DNA of 64,000 bases, taken from Glaucostegus cemiculus (taxonomy: Eukaryota). The translations under genes and the position numbers were made by a program. Location: contig CDPCPM010000010.1 in the NCBI GenBank assembly GCA_976551045.1, positions 37,448,001-37,512,000 on the forward strand, in the 5' to 3' direction. Each line of letters opens with the position of its first letter. Position 1 is the first letter of the stretch. Positions 32,530 to 45,830 of this stretch are shown one piece after another. A model generated the notes under the pieces. The model was not told where the DNA came from. It did no database searches and saw only the letters and a program-made list of their open reading frames with translations.

Positions 32530-34206
32530 CTTTCAACATTGAATCAATTTATCTTTTGTTCTAACGAGTGTTCTGTCGATACATGTTCTTGGCAACTATA
32601 GTTGTATCAATATTTTCAAGACGAAATATGAAGAACATGTTTAGGAGCGGTAAAAAGCAAATATAAGAACAGCTTGGGGCTCAAGAATGTAAATCTCTTC
32701 TTCATACAGCTCTGATTATTCATTTTCGATTTTCCAATCATACGAATGTTGATTATCACTCGACGAAGTCAGGTTTCTTCTTTGTATTCTGGACGGAATT
32801 GTCAGTCTATATTATTCAGCTCTACAGATTTTTCGGACGGTATGTTATTTGGATGATTTACCACTAAATGAATGAACTACTTGCATAAAAAAAGACGACA
32901 GTTGTTGGAAATCAGAATTAAAGCTATAAAATGCTGTAAACACTCAGCAGGCGAGAGAGCAAATGCGGAAAGATAATGCTAATTCTGCGCCATGCTTTAC
33001 TTAACATGTTAAAGCATGTACATTCGAATGCATACTAATTATCATTGTATCCTCTCATGACCTGGATACTAAATGTTTGCAATGAACTGCAACTGCAGTG
33101 TTCATCAGTTCTAAGCTGTTAATTGAATCCTGGTAGTTTGAATTATAATATTTAATAAACTACCAATAGCATTGTAGACAGCCGAAGAGAGCAGAAAGAG
33201 TTAAATGGAAGACTTAAAAACACTAGAAGACACCTGGTCAGTATGAAGTTGAAGTGATAGTGTGGTAACGCTGACATTTGAACAATTGGTTAGTGTCAGT
33301 GTGGGAACGTAGCTGCAGTAAGTTTTCACCTGAGACAATTTTACAGTGCTGCGTCCACCCCCACCCCCCCCCCCCCCACTCCTGATACCGAGAGACACAA
33401 ACAATTTTGAGATACAGTATACCAGGGAAAGTTTTCTCCAAGTCTAAACTCCGATAATTTTGGACCAGATGGCTCAGATGATCTCGCAAACCAGCAGGGA
33501 TTTGTAAGTTTCAGATAACACGTACATGCATGGAAGATGAGTCGACTCATAGCGATATAATACGTACGAAAGATTTACAAGGAAATCCAGGAAAGGCGCC
33601 TCACAAAATAATCGATAGCAATAACTTCGGAGACTAACAATTGCAGGAGAAGCTACAAAGTGTATGACTCGGAGAGGAAGTTGCCACGTCCAAAACAGGC
33701 CAGGTTCATCGATAGGGGCTAATATCCGAATGGACTTAGTGAATTTTGGAGGTTGTAAAACTGCTCAAAAAAAGTCGTGTAATCAAAGTATTGTGCAACA
33801 AAACAGTTTATATTGGGACTACGTAGTGAACCTTTGAGTTGATGTAACTAATCGCGTTTAATAAAGAAATACAGTTAATCGACAACTTGATCTTGTGGTA
33901 TGGTTTATCGTTTACTGCATTTAATTTGGTTTAATTGGCATAGACATTTTTATTTACCCATTCAGTCTCTGTCAGTGGCTTTATTATATGAGATCATCCA
34001 AATCTCTGTTTCCTCAAATCACTGCTTCATTCCAGTTTCTGTAAACTTACAAAAATAAGTCATTCATTTCCCTCACAACTCCGTTCTGCAATTTGAGTGG
34101 CGAATTTTATTTGTCGCAGAGATCTTAGGCATGTGGTGAGAATATGTGAGTTGTCCTCGCATATGTTGAAGTAAAATCCGGCGGTAACTTATAAACAGAT
34201 AACTAA

Positions 34207-34433
34207 NNNNNNNNNNNNNNNNNNNNNNNNNNNNNNNNNNNNNNNNNNNNNNNNNNNNNNNNNNNNNNNNNNNNNNNNNNNNNNNNNNNNNNNNNNNNNN
34301 NNNNNNNNNNNNNNNNNNNNNNNNNNNNNNNNNNNNNNNNNNNNNNNNNNNNNNNNNNNNNNNNNNNNNNNNNNNNNNNNNNNNNNNNNNNNNNNNNNNN
34401 NNNNNNNNNNNNNNNNNNNNNNNNNNNNNNNNN
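34207..34433. other. N-run (227 bp; assembly gap or masked repeat)
   Basis: Run of n characters. Confidence 0.98.
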
Positions 34434-35156
34434 GGCATGCAAAAGTTTGGGCACACCTAGTCAAAATTTAAGTTACTGTGAATAGCTATAGGAGTAAAAT
34501 ATGACCTGATTTCCAAAAGGCATGACACATTTCTTTAATATTTTAAGCAAGATTACTTTTTTTTAATTTCCCTCTTTTACAGTTTCAAAATAACAAAAAA
34601 AAGGGCCCGAAGCAAAAGTTTGGGTTACCATGATCAGTACTTAGTAACAGCCTCTTTGGCAGGTATCAGGGCTTGAAATTGTTCTCTGCAGCCAGTTAGG
34701 TGTCTTTCAATTCTTATTTGGGGGATTTCAGCCAATTTCCTTGCAAAATGCTTCTAATTCTGTGAGATTCTTGGGCCGTCTTGCATGCACTGCTCTATTG
34801 AGTCCTATCCACAGCTTTTCGATGATGTTTAGGACAGTGGACTCTGAGGGCCATGGCAAAGCCTTCAGCTTATGCTTCTTGAGGTAGTCCATTGTGGATT
34901 TTGAGATGTGTTTAGAGTAGTTATCCTGTTGTAGAAGCCATCCTCTTTCCATCTTCCGGTTTATTTTATAGACAGTGCGATGTTTGCTTCCAGAATTTAC
35001 TGGTATTTAAATGATTTAATTCTTCTCTCTACCAGTGAAATGTTCCCCTGTTCCACTTGCTGTAAAACAAGCCCAAAGCATGATCGATCCACCCCCGTGC
35101 TTAAAGTTGAGGAGGTGTTCTTTTCATGAAATTCGGCAAACTTTGTTTCTCCAAAC
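34434..35156 (-). mobile_element. Tc1/mariner DNA transposon fragment (one TIR and C-terminal DDE transposase)
   Basis: TIR-like ggcatgcaaaagtttgggcac at 34434, with an inner repeat gcaaaagtttggg at ~34612 (IR/DR type). ORF 34728-34952 has QQDNYSKH...WPSESTVLNIIEKLW, matching the Tc1 QDNDPKH/WPSQSPDLNPIE motifs. Confidence 0.85.
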
Positions 35157-35227
35157 TTTCCTGCCTCTTCTATAGATCGATATAGATATACTATATTATT
35201 TTATATGTATGTTTATGTATGTATAAT

Positions 35228-35421
35228 NNNNNNNNNNNNNNNNNNNNNNNNNNNNNNNNNNNNNNNNNNNNNNNNNNNNNNNNNNNNNNNNNNNNNNNNN
35301 NNNNNNNNNNNNNNNNNNNNNNNNNNNNNNNNNNNNNNNNNNNNNNNNNNNNNNNNNNNNNNNNNNNNNNNNNNNNNNNNNNNNNNNNNNNNNNNNNNNN
35401 NNNNNNNNNNNNNNNNNNNNN
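35228..35421. other. N-run (194 bp; assembly gap or masked repeat)
   Basis: Run of n characters preceded by TA/TATG-rich sequence. Confidence 0.98.
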
Positions 35422-37519
35422 AGGTGGTATGTCTGGGAAAGGTAGGAGATTGCCATCTGTTTTTATTTGAACGAATGGTTTGTGATTGTGTAAGTGACGT
35501 TTACTTGCCAGTAGTCGTCTCAGCTCTTTGTACTTTTCGGCTCCCAATACCGAAAGATTTTCTTGCAAGTTCTAAGCATCTCGGACGCTACCGTCACGAA
35601 ATTCCACTGAAACGTTTAAAGGAGACAAAACCTTGTTCCTAACACCTTGCCAAAGCCTTGCCTTGAAACCAAGAGACATACTGACAACTGAAAAGTGAAT
35701 CAAGGTGAGAACAGAACAACTTAAGTAAAAACAATTAAACGACGGTGCCCAGGTTATAATTAATTTTTGCTGATTCATCGATGTTCTGGGGTAAGGTTTA
35801 TGCATAAAGTTCCTTGCATGATGACAAAAATATAAAAGCATAGAGCCTGGGGAATAGTCAAAGTACCATTGTCATTGATGCATCGATCTGCGAAGGGGTA
35901 AAGAACGTGCATATTGCAGTGCCTTTTCCGTCCTTATTAGGTTAACCCAAAGCATTTTTCAGGGAATGATATACTTTGGAAATGTCATTTTAATTTATGG
36001 AAAGCAGAAGCAAGATATTTCACAACTGGCACCCACACATGGTATGATAATGAATCGATGGTAGATTTTTACTTGACATTTCAATGGTCTTATGTTGTGT
36101 TTCGTTGGCAAAAGATCTGCACAGACATCCAACAAAGCTTTACAATTTGTATTGCGTATAGTCTTACCCGACATTATCTGGGCAGTGAAGGGGGATGTTC
36201 AGATCGGTGCTCATATCTACAGATCAGTTCACATTAATGTTCAGACGAATGTCCTCCTTCTTAAGGTCTGGATGTCGGAAAACAACGTCGTTTTATTGGT
36301 TGTTGTGCAATTAAACTTGCGTCACCGTGTTGTTGATTCAGTTCTGCGCTGAATCTTATTGTCTTGGACTACAAAAGCACAGTGATTAAATTGGGGATCA
36401 AATGCAGATTAACTGCTTAAAAAAACCCCGAAGAACACGACGAACTAAAACATCGGTTTCGGGTGCTGGAGAGATGAAATTCATCACCATTCCGTTATGA
36501 TTCCGTTCCATGAATTTGCACCCACTCCAAAATGATAAATTCTACTGAAGGACGATAAATTTATTCCCGAGACTTCCAAAGGAAACCAGACAAATAGTCT
36601 GTTGCTTTTACATGTTCTACGGCACATTTCATATTGGATATTTACTTGGCTGTTTTATAAAATTGTATCAAATGCTTCTGTGAATGCATTCATTACTTGC
36701 GAAAAACATATTTTCTGATCTGCAAACGTCTTAATTGTCAAGAACTACCACCACCGGGTGTTCCAAGGTAATTGACGTGTCAGTTTAAAAAAATATTTAT
36801 AATTTTGCAGATATTAAGCACTCTCAAAAATGTAACACATCTTGATTTCTCAGATGAAAGTGAATCTAGTGCTCTTTGGATAAATGCATAAAATCATCGC
36901 GTTTGCTCTGAACCACTTTAAAGCTGGTATAAGATCTTAGACTAAAACTTTAGACTTCTTCATAAGATGAAATTTTATTGTGGCATTATAAAGCGTCTTG
37001 ACTTGAAACTAATTATCTCTCCCCCAGAAAATTCTGCATTTCCATGTTTCATTGTTATTAAATATTTAACCTTGACTAAATGTTTTAAGGATACGTCTGT
37101 AGCAACTTTCTTAACCATATCATTTTGCTCGTCTGACATATGATCTCTTCGAGTTTTTCACGTTGAACAGCAGCCTACCAATTTTACAAATTAAGATCTT
37201 ATTAACTATGTCACAATGCACATATAATACGCCACGATATTTCGAAAAATGTCACGGTTATTCAAAAAATAGTCATCTTTCTTTTCTGCTTGCCACTTTT
37301 AAACGCGTAACTTTGTGGAATTTATAAACTCATTAACAAGCTCGTACAATTTTCAAAATGAAAAAAAAGACCAAAATATCAATCAGCAATAAATCAAGTT
37401 ATATCAGCTTTCAGCTCTAGCACTGATCCAAATCTCATCCGATGACATAACGTGACACTTAAACCAGAAAACTTCGAATTCCATTGCCTAACTGCATGTC
37501 TTTTCAAAGATACATTGAA

Positions 37520-40100
37520 AAACTGCCAGCTACATCCCCAAAGTGTCACCGTTCTGTCCTAACTCAGTTGATGAATTAGTTCTCTTCCAATGCTCTGAAG
37601 AAGCATTGGAAGTAGCGAGAGCACAGAACGTACTTTTGTGCGTGGCGTTTACGCCCATCAGCAAGAATGGCTTAGTAGCACTAGAACATCCCTCACCGAG
37701 GGACATGGTTGGAAGACTGGGCTTGCGTGAGCGGTGACTGAACAAAAACATGGGACGGACTTAGGTGAACTCGCGTTCAAGGGCTGTGTGGATCAGGAAT
37801 TGGCTTGCCTGCAGAAAGCAGAGGGTAGTGGTGGAGGGAGTGCCCTCGGATTGGAGGGCTGTGACTAGTGGTGTCCCGCAGGGATCGGTTCTGGGACCTC
37901 TACGCTTTGTTATATTTGTAGATGACTTAGATGAAGGAGTGGAAGGATGGGTTGGTAAGTTTGCGGATGACACCAAGATCGGCGGTGTGGTGGATAGTGT
38001 GGAGGACTGTCGGAGCTTACAGAGGGATATTGATAGGATGCAGAGCTGGGTGGACAGGTGGCAGATGGAGTTTAATCTGGAGAAGTCTAAGGTGGTGCAC
38101 TTTGGTAGGACAAACTCCAGGGCAGAGTATGAGGTAAGTGGCAAGGCACTTGGCAGTGTAGAGGAGCAGAGGGATCTGGGGGTTCATATCCACAGTTCAC
38201 TCAAAGTTGCCTCACAGGTGGATATGGCAGCTAAAAAGGATTATGGGATGTTACCTTTTATAAATCGTGGGATTGAGTTCAAGAGCAGAGAGGTGATGAT
38301 GCTGCTTTACAAAACTCTAGTTAGACCGCACTTAGAGTATTGTGTAGTGTTCTGGTCGCTGCATTATAGGAAGGATGTGGAGGCGTTGGAGAGGGTACAG
38401 AGGCGATTTACCAGGATGATACCTGGAAAGAGTGTATGGAATATGAGGAGAGGCTTAAGGTGCTAGGGCTTTACTCATTGGAGAGGAGGAGGGTGAGAGG
38501 GGACTTGATAGAGGTGTATACTATATTGAGAGGAATAGATAGAGTTGACAGCCAGCGTCTCTTTCCCAGACCACAGATGCTCAAGACGAGAGGGCATGGC
38601 TTTAAGATATTGGGTGGAAAGTTCAGTGGAGATGTCAGAGAGAAGTTTTTCACCCAGAGAGTGGTTGGCTCATGTAATGCGCTGCCTGGCGTGGTGGTAG
38701 AGCCAGATACGTTGGACAGGTTCAAGAGATTGTTAGATAGGCACATGGAAGAATGTGGAATAGTGGGATATGTGGGAGGAAAGAGTTAGATTGTGTGACA
38801 TTTGAAGGACGGCACAACTTGATGGGACGAAAGGCCTGTTTTGTGCTGGATTGTTCTATGGTTCTATGGTTCACCAATCTACACGTAACAGATGCAACTG
38901 TCCATGCTGTCATTAGTAGAAGTAACGACAACAAATTCCTGTCTTCACACCAAATTGTGTTGTGGAGTACCACACACTTGCTCAGTGTAATGGACTCAAA
39001 TCAAATCTAGTAGCTCAAACCTGTGAACCCAGCATTCGATGTGGATCATCAAGACCAGTTGTTTCCACTGTCGCAATCGGTAATCTCATTGCCAAGTATA
39101 TCTATGGCCTTTCCATTATTATCACATCTGACTGACTGAAGAGTCAGAGTGCCACGCCAAGTGTAGAGCTAGGCATACCCACTAATGATGAGATACCAGC
39201 CCAATGAAGCTGCAATGTTGAATTGCATACGTTCTAAACAAGAATACATCATGCACTAGAGAGTGCTAAGCATTCTCATAATGAAGAATTCTGAACAAAA
39301 CCCGGCAGTCCGACTTAATCTCGTCATTAACGGCGGTGTACAATTAGGAGTTCTCTTAGAATAATTAAGGATTATCTAAGAACATCCCCACCCTCGGTCA
39401 TGGTGGGGCTCGGCAAGTAAAGACTTAAGGATTCCGAAGCATGTTCAGCCAGAGATGCCGAAGAAATAATCCATTCCATCTTCCTCCTAACATTCCCATC
39501 ATTACAGAAGCTAGTCTCCAGCCAATTCCTTCCACTCTACGTGATATTAATAAATGGCTGAGTGCACTGGATGTTGCAAAGACTGCGGGACCAGAAAACA
39601 TCTCAACTGTAGCGCTGAAGAGCAGCGCTACGGAACTAACGACACCAAGCTCTTTCGATAATATGGGCAAACCGGTCATGAATATCCTGTTCACAAGATG
39701 CATAAAAATCTGGCTGATCACTGCCGAATTAGTCTATTATCAATTATCAGTAAAGTGATGTCATTGATAGTACGATCAAGCAGCACTTACTCTCCAATAA
39801 TATATTCACTAATGCCCAGCGTGAGTTTCACCTGAACCATCTGCTGCAGATCTCATCGTAGCCATGGACGAAATGTGCACTAAAAAGCTGAATTTCAGAG
39901 GTGAAGTCGGTGTTACTGGCCCTAACATCAAGATCACTTTACGACAAGTGTGGCATCAAATGTACTCTGTTAAAACTGAAGTGAAAGGGCATTAAATGGC
40001 AGATACACCAATGGTTACATACATACCTTACACAAAGAAGATTGTTTTGGTTTTTAGAGGTTTAACATCCCTGGGCAGCGCGGTAGGAGTTTCCTAATGG
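37520..40100 (+). mobile_element. Old degraded non-LTR retrotransposon (L2/CR1 group), interrupted by the CR1 at 37780
   Basis: ORF 39441-39758 has LRDINKWLSALDVAKTAGPENIS, an RT domain-0 KAxGPD-like motif. The sequence before 37780 appears to resume at 38870 (tcaccaatctac...gatgcaactgtccatg). Confidence 0.55.
37780..38872 (+). mobile_element. 5'-truncated CR1 LINE (RT C-terminal half, frameshifted)
   Basis: ORFs 37765-38466 and 38436-38789 contain SGVPQGSVLGP, KFADDTK, EQRDLG, RPHLEYC, LERRRVRGDLIEVY and FFTQRVV. Tail ttctatggttctatggttc. Confidence 0.93.
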
Positions 40101-41229
40101 GGTTATGCATTTATGAGATGAATGTTACTACTTCAAAAACCTTGCATAAATATGCCCTTTGTTTATCGTTGACAGAATCATCCAAACTGTGTTGAAACTT
40201 CCGAAGTGGATGGATGTGTGCATTATTGAAACAAATTCCTAAGAGTATGTGTATTGGCCATCACATCACAAAGTTGACCTGATGGTATTAAGGAGGTTAA
40301 AGAGGAGGGCTACTTGGATGTTCTGATAGCCTACAGCAATTGGGTATGGGGATTAATATTTTGCTTATAAATGTTTTCTTTATAATAAAGCTGGTTGAGT
40401 TATGTTTTGCATCCGTTTTGAACAATTTAGAGAAAGTGTGCTGCTCAATATTCAAATACAAATAAAAAAGGACAACTAATTTCACTGCAAAGTTTGATCC
40501 ACGAAATGGGCTTCAATTAATTCCAGACACATTAAAGCACATTATTAACCCATGTATGCTATTCAGAAAGGAAAGTGGTGTCTCGGTTTTCTGCAAAATC
40601 CAGAGGAGAACTGGTGTTGGTTTGCGTCGACAGTAAGTGGGTACAGGAATTGGATGGCGGTTTCCCTTGCAGTTTCCCCAGAAACAATGTCTTCTTATGT
40701 TCAGGCAGATGGGGAGAATCTTATGTAATGGAACCAATGTATCTGTCAGAGGAGATATGATTTTGACATCCATGTAGTACTAAAATGATTAAAAATGAGT
40801 ACTATTGTATTATTGAGTTGACCCGCAGTAATTTTCCTTTACCCAAGCAAAGGATCTTTTCCTGATGAAATGCGACTTTGCACAATTACCTCCTATCCAC
40901 AAAAAGCAAGAGCAATTTGACCAATGACCATCCTATCAGTCCATATTCAATTATGTCAAATGATGGAAAGTATCGTTTATATCGCTATACAGGAAAGTTT
41001 TATCAATAATCTGCACACATACGTTTAATTTGGTTTGAACAAGATCAACTCCCATTGTATCTGTGGTTGGATGTTAAAAAGCGAACGTAGAAGTGAGGTG
41101 AAACTGGGTGCCCTTGGCATCATGATGAAACTGCACTGAACAGAGTATCAAATGGGATCAATAAAATTGATACCATAAAGAATCAGATGAAAAAAGAGAA
41201 AAGAAAGAAGAGACTGTACACTGCCTGTA

Positions 41230-44200
41230 CTCATACCAGTGGAAACGTAAGGTTTCGGTGTTTAGATGCTTCAAAAGGTATAGGGAAGGGGGTCGAAAGG
41301 GTGGGGGAATGCCTTTGATAATCGGGGTTAATATCACAGCTGTAAAAAGGGTGGACATTACAGAAAGATCGTCTATTGAGTCAGTGTGGGTGGAAGTCAG
41401 AAACAGGAAGGGAGCAGTCAGTCTATTAGGTGTATTGTATAGGCCCACAAATAGCTATTGGAACACTGAGAAGAAAACACGTATGCAGGCTTTGGAAAGG
41501 TGACAAAATAACAGGGTTGTTTTCATGGGTGACTTCAACTTCCCTAATATTGATCAGCACCTCCTTAGTGCAGAAGGTTTAGATGGGGCAAAATTTGTCA
41601 GGTATGTACAGGAAGGATTCCTAACACACTATATGGACAGGCCCACTAGTGGAGAGGCCATGATGGATCTGATATTAGGCAATGAATCTGGTCAGGTGAA
41701 AGACCTCTCATTAGGCAAGTATTTCGGGGATAAAGACCACAACTACCTGAACTTTAGCATGGCCATGGACAAAGATAGATTACGGGAAGCATTTAATTGG
41801 GGGAGGGCAAATTACAAAGGTATTAGACAACAACTTCGGAACAAAAACTGGGAACATATTCGCTGGTAAATGTACCACAGAGATGTGGAGGTTGTTTACA
41901 TGTGGTTCTAGATAAGTTTGTCCAGCTAAGACAAGGAAAGGATGGTAGGATGAAGGAACCATAGTTAATAAGAGAGGTGAAGTGTTTAGTCAAGAGGAAG
42001 AAAGAGGCATATTTAAGGTTCAAGAAGCAAAAATCAGACAGGGTTCGTAAGAATTATGAGGTAGCCAGGAAGGAGCTCAAGAAGGGACTTAAGAGAGCTA
42101 GAAGGGGACATTAGAAAGGCTTGGTAAGTAAGGTTAAGACAAACCCTAAGGTGTTCTGCACATTTGTGAGGAACAAGAGGATAACTTGGGTGAGGGTAGG
42201 GCCGCTCTGGGATAAGGGGTAAAAATAATTCTGGATGTGAAGGAGGTATTGGAGGACTTAAATGAATAGTTTGCTTCGGTGTTCACCGGGGAGAGGGACT
42301 TAGATGAATGTGAGGTCGGTGTAGAACAGGCAAATATGTTGGAGCATGTTGAGGTTGAGAGAGAAGCAATATTGGTGCTCCGAAATGCATTAGATAAGTC
42401 CCCAGGATCTGGCAGGATATGATGCAGGTTACTTTCTTTTTCAATCTTTTTATTGATAACAAATCAATACAGGTTAATATATATAACAACAATGTTTACA
42501 CATGTATTATAGAGATATCAGGTAATAATCATAGGTAATTATTTTAAAAAAGCAATAAAATATGATATATATAAAAGAAATAGTTCCAACAATCTCTTGG
42601 TTCGTAAGTATAATGTAAAAGATAGGAAAGAAAAAAGATTTGTTATATAATAAGAAAAAAATCAAGAAAAAACCCAGACCAATAAAAAATTTATAACATT
42701 ACAAAGTAAACTGAACCAAAAATTACTTTAAAAAAGGAAAAACAAAACAAGAAAAAAAAACTGGGCTAAAAATTTCAACAGAAACAGAGCAATATAATGT
42801 CGTCAGCTCCGTTCCTCTGAATTTAATGCAGGTTACTATGGAAGGGAGGGAAGAAGTTGCTGGAGCATTAACGATGATCTTTGAATCCTTCCTGGCCGCA
42901 GGAGTGGTACCGAAGGTATGGAGGATGGCAATCGTTGTTCCATTGTACAAGATAATAGGGATAATCCTGGGAATTGTAGACCAGTGAGTGTTCCATCAGT
43001 GGTGGGCAACTATTGGAGAGGATTCTTAGGGACAGGATTTGTGAACATTTGGAGAAGCATAGTCCTAATAGGGATAATCAACGTGGCTTTGTGAAGGGTA
43101 TGTCGTGCCTCACAAGCCTAGTCGTGTATTTTCAGTAAGTGACAAGACAAATTCATGAAGGTGGTGCGATGGATGTGGTTATATATGGATTATAGCAAGG
43201 CGTTTTACGATGATCCCCATGGTATGCTCATTCAGACAGTTATGAGGTATAGAAAATTGACTGCGTGGATTCGAAATTGGCTTGGCCACAGAAGGCAGAG
43301 GATGGTTGTAGAAGGGAACTATTCACCCTGGAGATCTGTAACTAGTAATGTTCCTCAGGGATCTCTTCTAGGACCCCTGCTGTTTGTAATTTTTATATGT
43401 GATTTGGACGAGAAAGTGGAAGGATGCGTTGGTAAGCTTGAAGATGACACGAAGTTTGGTGGAGTAGTAGATAGTGAAGAAGGTTGACGGAGGTTGCAAC
43501 AGGATTTAGACAGGATGCAGAGCTAGGAGGAGAAGTGGCAGGTGGAGTTCAGTCTGGAGAAATTATTAATTATACACTTTGGAAGAAAGAGCTTGAAGGC
43601 AGATTACATGGAAAATGGAAGGATTTTTAGCAGTGTGAAGGAACAGAGGGATCTTACGATCCAAGTAGACAGATCCCTCAAAACTGCTGTAAAAGTGGAT
43701 AGGGCGGTTAAGATGGTAGATGGTGTGCTGACCTTTATTAGTCGGGGAATTTATTTCAATATCCATGAGCTAATGTTGCAGCTCCATAGCCGTCTGCTTT
43801 GCCCAAACTTTGAATACTGTGTTCACTTCCAGTCACCACATTATGGGAAGGACGTGGAAGCTTTGGAGAGAGTGCAGAAGGGATTTTCAAGGATGCTACC
43901 TGGGTTGGAGAGCATATCTTATGAGGAGGGTTTGAGCGAGTTAGGGGGTTTTCTCTTTGTAGCAATAGAGGATGAGAGGAGAATTGATAGAGGCATATAA
44001 CATTATGAGAGGCATATACAGAGTGTACAGCCAGTATCTTTACCCCAGGCCAAAACTGGGGCCTGGTCAATGGCCAATATTGACAATGGCCAATACTGGA
44101 GGTCACCCGTTTAAGATGCGTGGAGCGAAGTTCAGGGGAGATGTCAGAGGTAGTTTGTTTTTTACACAGAGAGTCGTGGGTGCCTGGAATTCGTTGTCAA

Positions 44201-44392
44201 GTGTGGTGGTAGGGGCTGATACGATAGGGTTATTGAAGAGACTACGAGGTGGGCAGACAGACGAAAGAAAACTATGGGAGGTGAAGTAGAGAGGCGTATA
44301 AATTGAATGGGATAAGGTATATATAGATCAGCACAACATAGTGGTCCGAAGTCCCGTACTATGTTGTATTTTTCTAACTTGTACGCTCTATG
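41230..44392 (+). mobile_element. Long decayed CR1 LINE (APE endonuclease and RT ORF2 remnants)
   Basis: ESVWVEVRNRKG...LGVLYRP and MGDFNFPNID (APE); [29 protein letters not shown] and FFTQRVVGAWNSL (RT and C-terminus). Multiple stops and frameshifts. Confidence 0.9.
42434..42825 (-). mobile_element. L1/Tx1-like 3' end inserted in the CR1 with a 12-bp TSD
   Basis: ATGCAGGTTACT duplicated at 42422-42433 and 42826-42837. The minus strand ends tcAATAAAaagattgaaaaagaa (polyA signal and A-rich tail). AT-rich body. Confidence 0.75.
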
Positions 44393-45559
44393 AACACACT
44401 TTTGCTTTTTGAAGGTTTATAATACTAACCCGCACGCAGGTCACTGGACCTCACCTTTCCGAGGTAGTTCACCAATCATTTTCTCTTTTCTCTAAGGCTA
44501 AAAATATGGAATATCGATCATTACATGGAATTTACTTCATTCAAAATTCCTTAAAACCAAAACAATCTCTGCTCGTATTCCCAAGACCTTGACAAGTCCA
44601 GATCTCGACTGAATATTCATACAACCGAAGCGTCAGGTGTTGATCATCTTCAAGAACAAAAGACCTAACCAGACTCCACGAGGTTCAGTAGCAGTTCAAT
44701 CCCTGAATTCTCATCCACTAACTTCTCGAACCTTGCTACTGGCAAAATATTTAATTATTTCAGCGAATTTAATACCAAAGAAATAAAGACTGTGCAGTGT
44801 GTGCAAATGATCCGTCTACTAATTGCCTGCGCCTTGACACCACGCACAAGGAGCAACTGAGTGCCTTGGAGGAATATTCTTTGCTTATCAGTATAAATGT
44901 GAATCTTCCTCTGTGGATGGACTAAAATACAAATCGGATATTTTACCTCTGCTGACGACAAGATCTACTGCAGCAACTCACCAAGAGCTCTGCAAATTCA
45001 CCTTTCAAACGTCTATTACCAACAATGTTCGGAGCAGCTGACGCATAAGAACAATGTCATCTCCAACTTTCCCTTCATGTCGCCCATCCTATTAACCTGA
45101 CAACATATCACAGTGTTCTCATAATTATTGATTCAAAATTATGCTAACCGCATAACGGGAATGTGGGTGTGCCCTCATCAGAAGGACATAAGTATATTCT
45201 CGATTTTGTTTTCCATGGACAGTAAATCATGTCCCAGGCAGCAACGCCAATGTTTGATGACTGAATAGATTGATAACCAGATCGACTTGAAATTCAGAAT
45301 CATCTGATAATTAAGTCTTAATCCACAGTGAAAATATTCATTTTATATAACTGTGAATCTATTTCTACTGCCTCGGAAAATATTTTTCATTCCATGATGA
45401 CGCGGATGATTAGAAATCCACACACCAAAACTGTAAAATTTGGTGAATGTCTTACAAACTCAGTAATTCCAAGGCATTTAATTAAAGTCCAGCGCCTCTT
45501 TGGCCACTTGCAGAGCACTTAACTCACTCGATAACCAATAGAGTACATCTGCAGTGCAG

Positions 45560-45830
45560 TGTGGAAAACACAGCATTCAGACTGCACAAAGAGCAGTGAG
45601 GAAATGACAAAGTAATCTGTTTGCAGACACTTTAATGGAAGACAAAATGTCATGCTTACCACCAGAGAAATATGTCCCGTTCCTCTACAACTTTATACTA
45701 TTAACAACTTTACGTCCAACCACGGGGACAGAAGGGCCCTCACTTTACCATTTCATCTGTAAATTGGACTCTCCATTCACGCACAAGATTCTCAGTACTA
45801 TTTGCGCATTTAGCCCATATTTTTGCACAC
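45560..45830 (-). mobile_element. Old Deu-domain (SacSINE1/AmnSINE1-like) SINE remnant
   Basis: cacaaagagcagtgaggaaatgacaaagtaatctgttt...tttacgtccaaccacggggacagaagggccctc...catttcatctg resembles the Deu domain as recalled; not database-verified. Confidence 0.45.

Larger units (their letters stand above)
17400..32920. repeat. Tandem segmental duplication, copy 2 (two-Pcdh unit)
   Basis: Collinear with 1-16870. The offset shrinks from ~17.4 kb to ~16.0 kb because of copy-specific insertions. Confidence 0.85.
40850..45200 (+). mobile_element. Second old LINE copy (same family as 37520-40100), split by the CR1 at 41230-44392
   Basis: 40895-40970 (ccacaaaaagcaag...atcagtccatattcaattatgtcaaatgatggaa) resembles 39690-39760. 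Decayed continuation at 44400-45200. Confidence 0.4.

Noticed and set aside
33355-33380. Poly-C tract (and G-run at 25041-25062) as G-quadruplex candidates
   Set aside because: Simple homopolymer expansions; the G-run is much shorter at the paralogous position (~7615-7625) and there is no functional evidence.
34073-35642. ORFs containing long X runs
   Set aside because: Artifacts of translating through N-runs.
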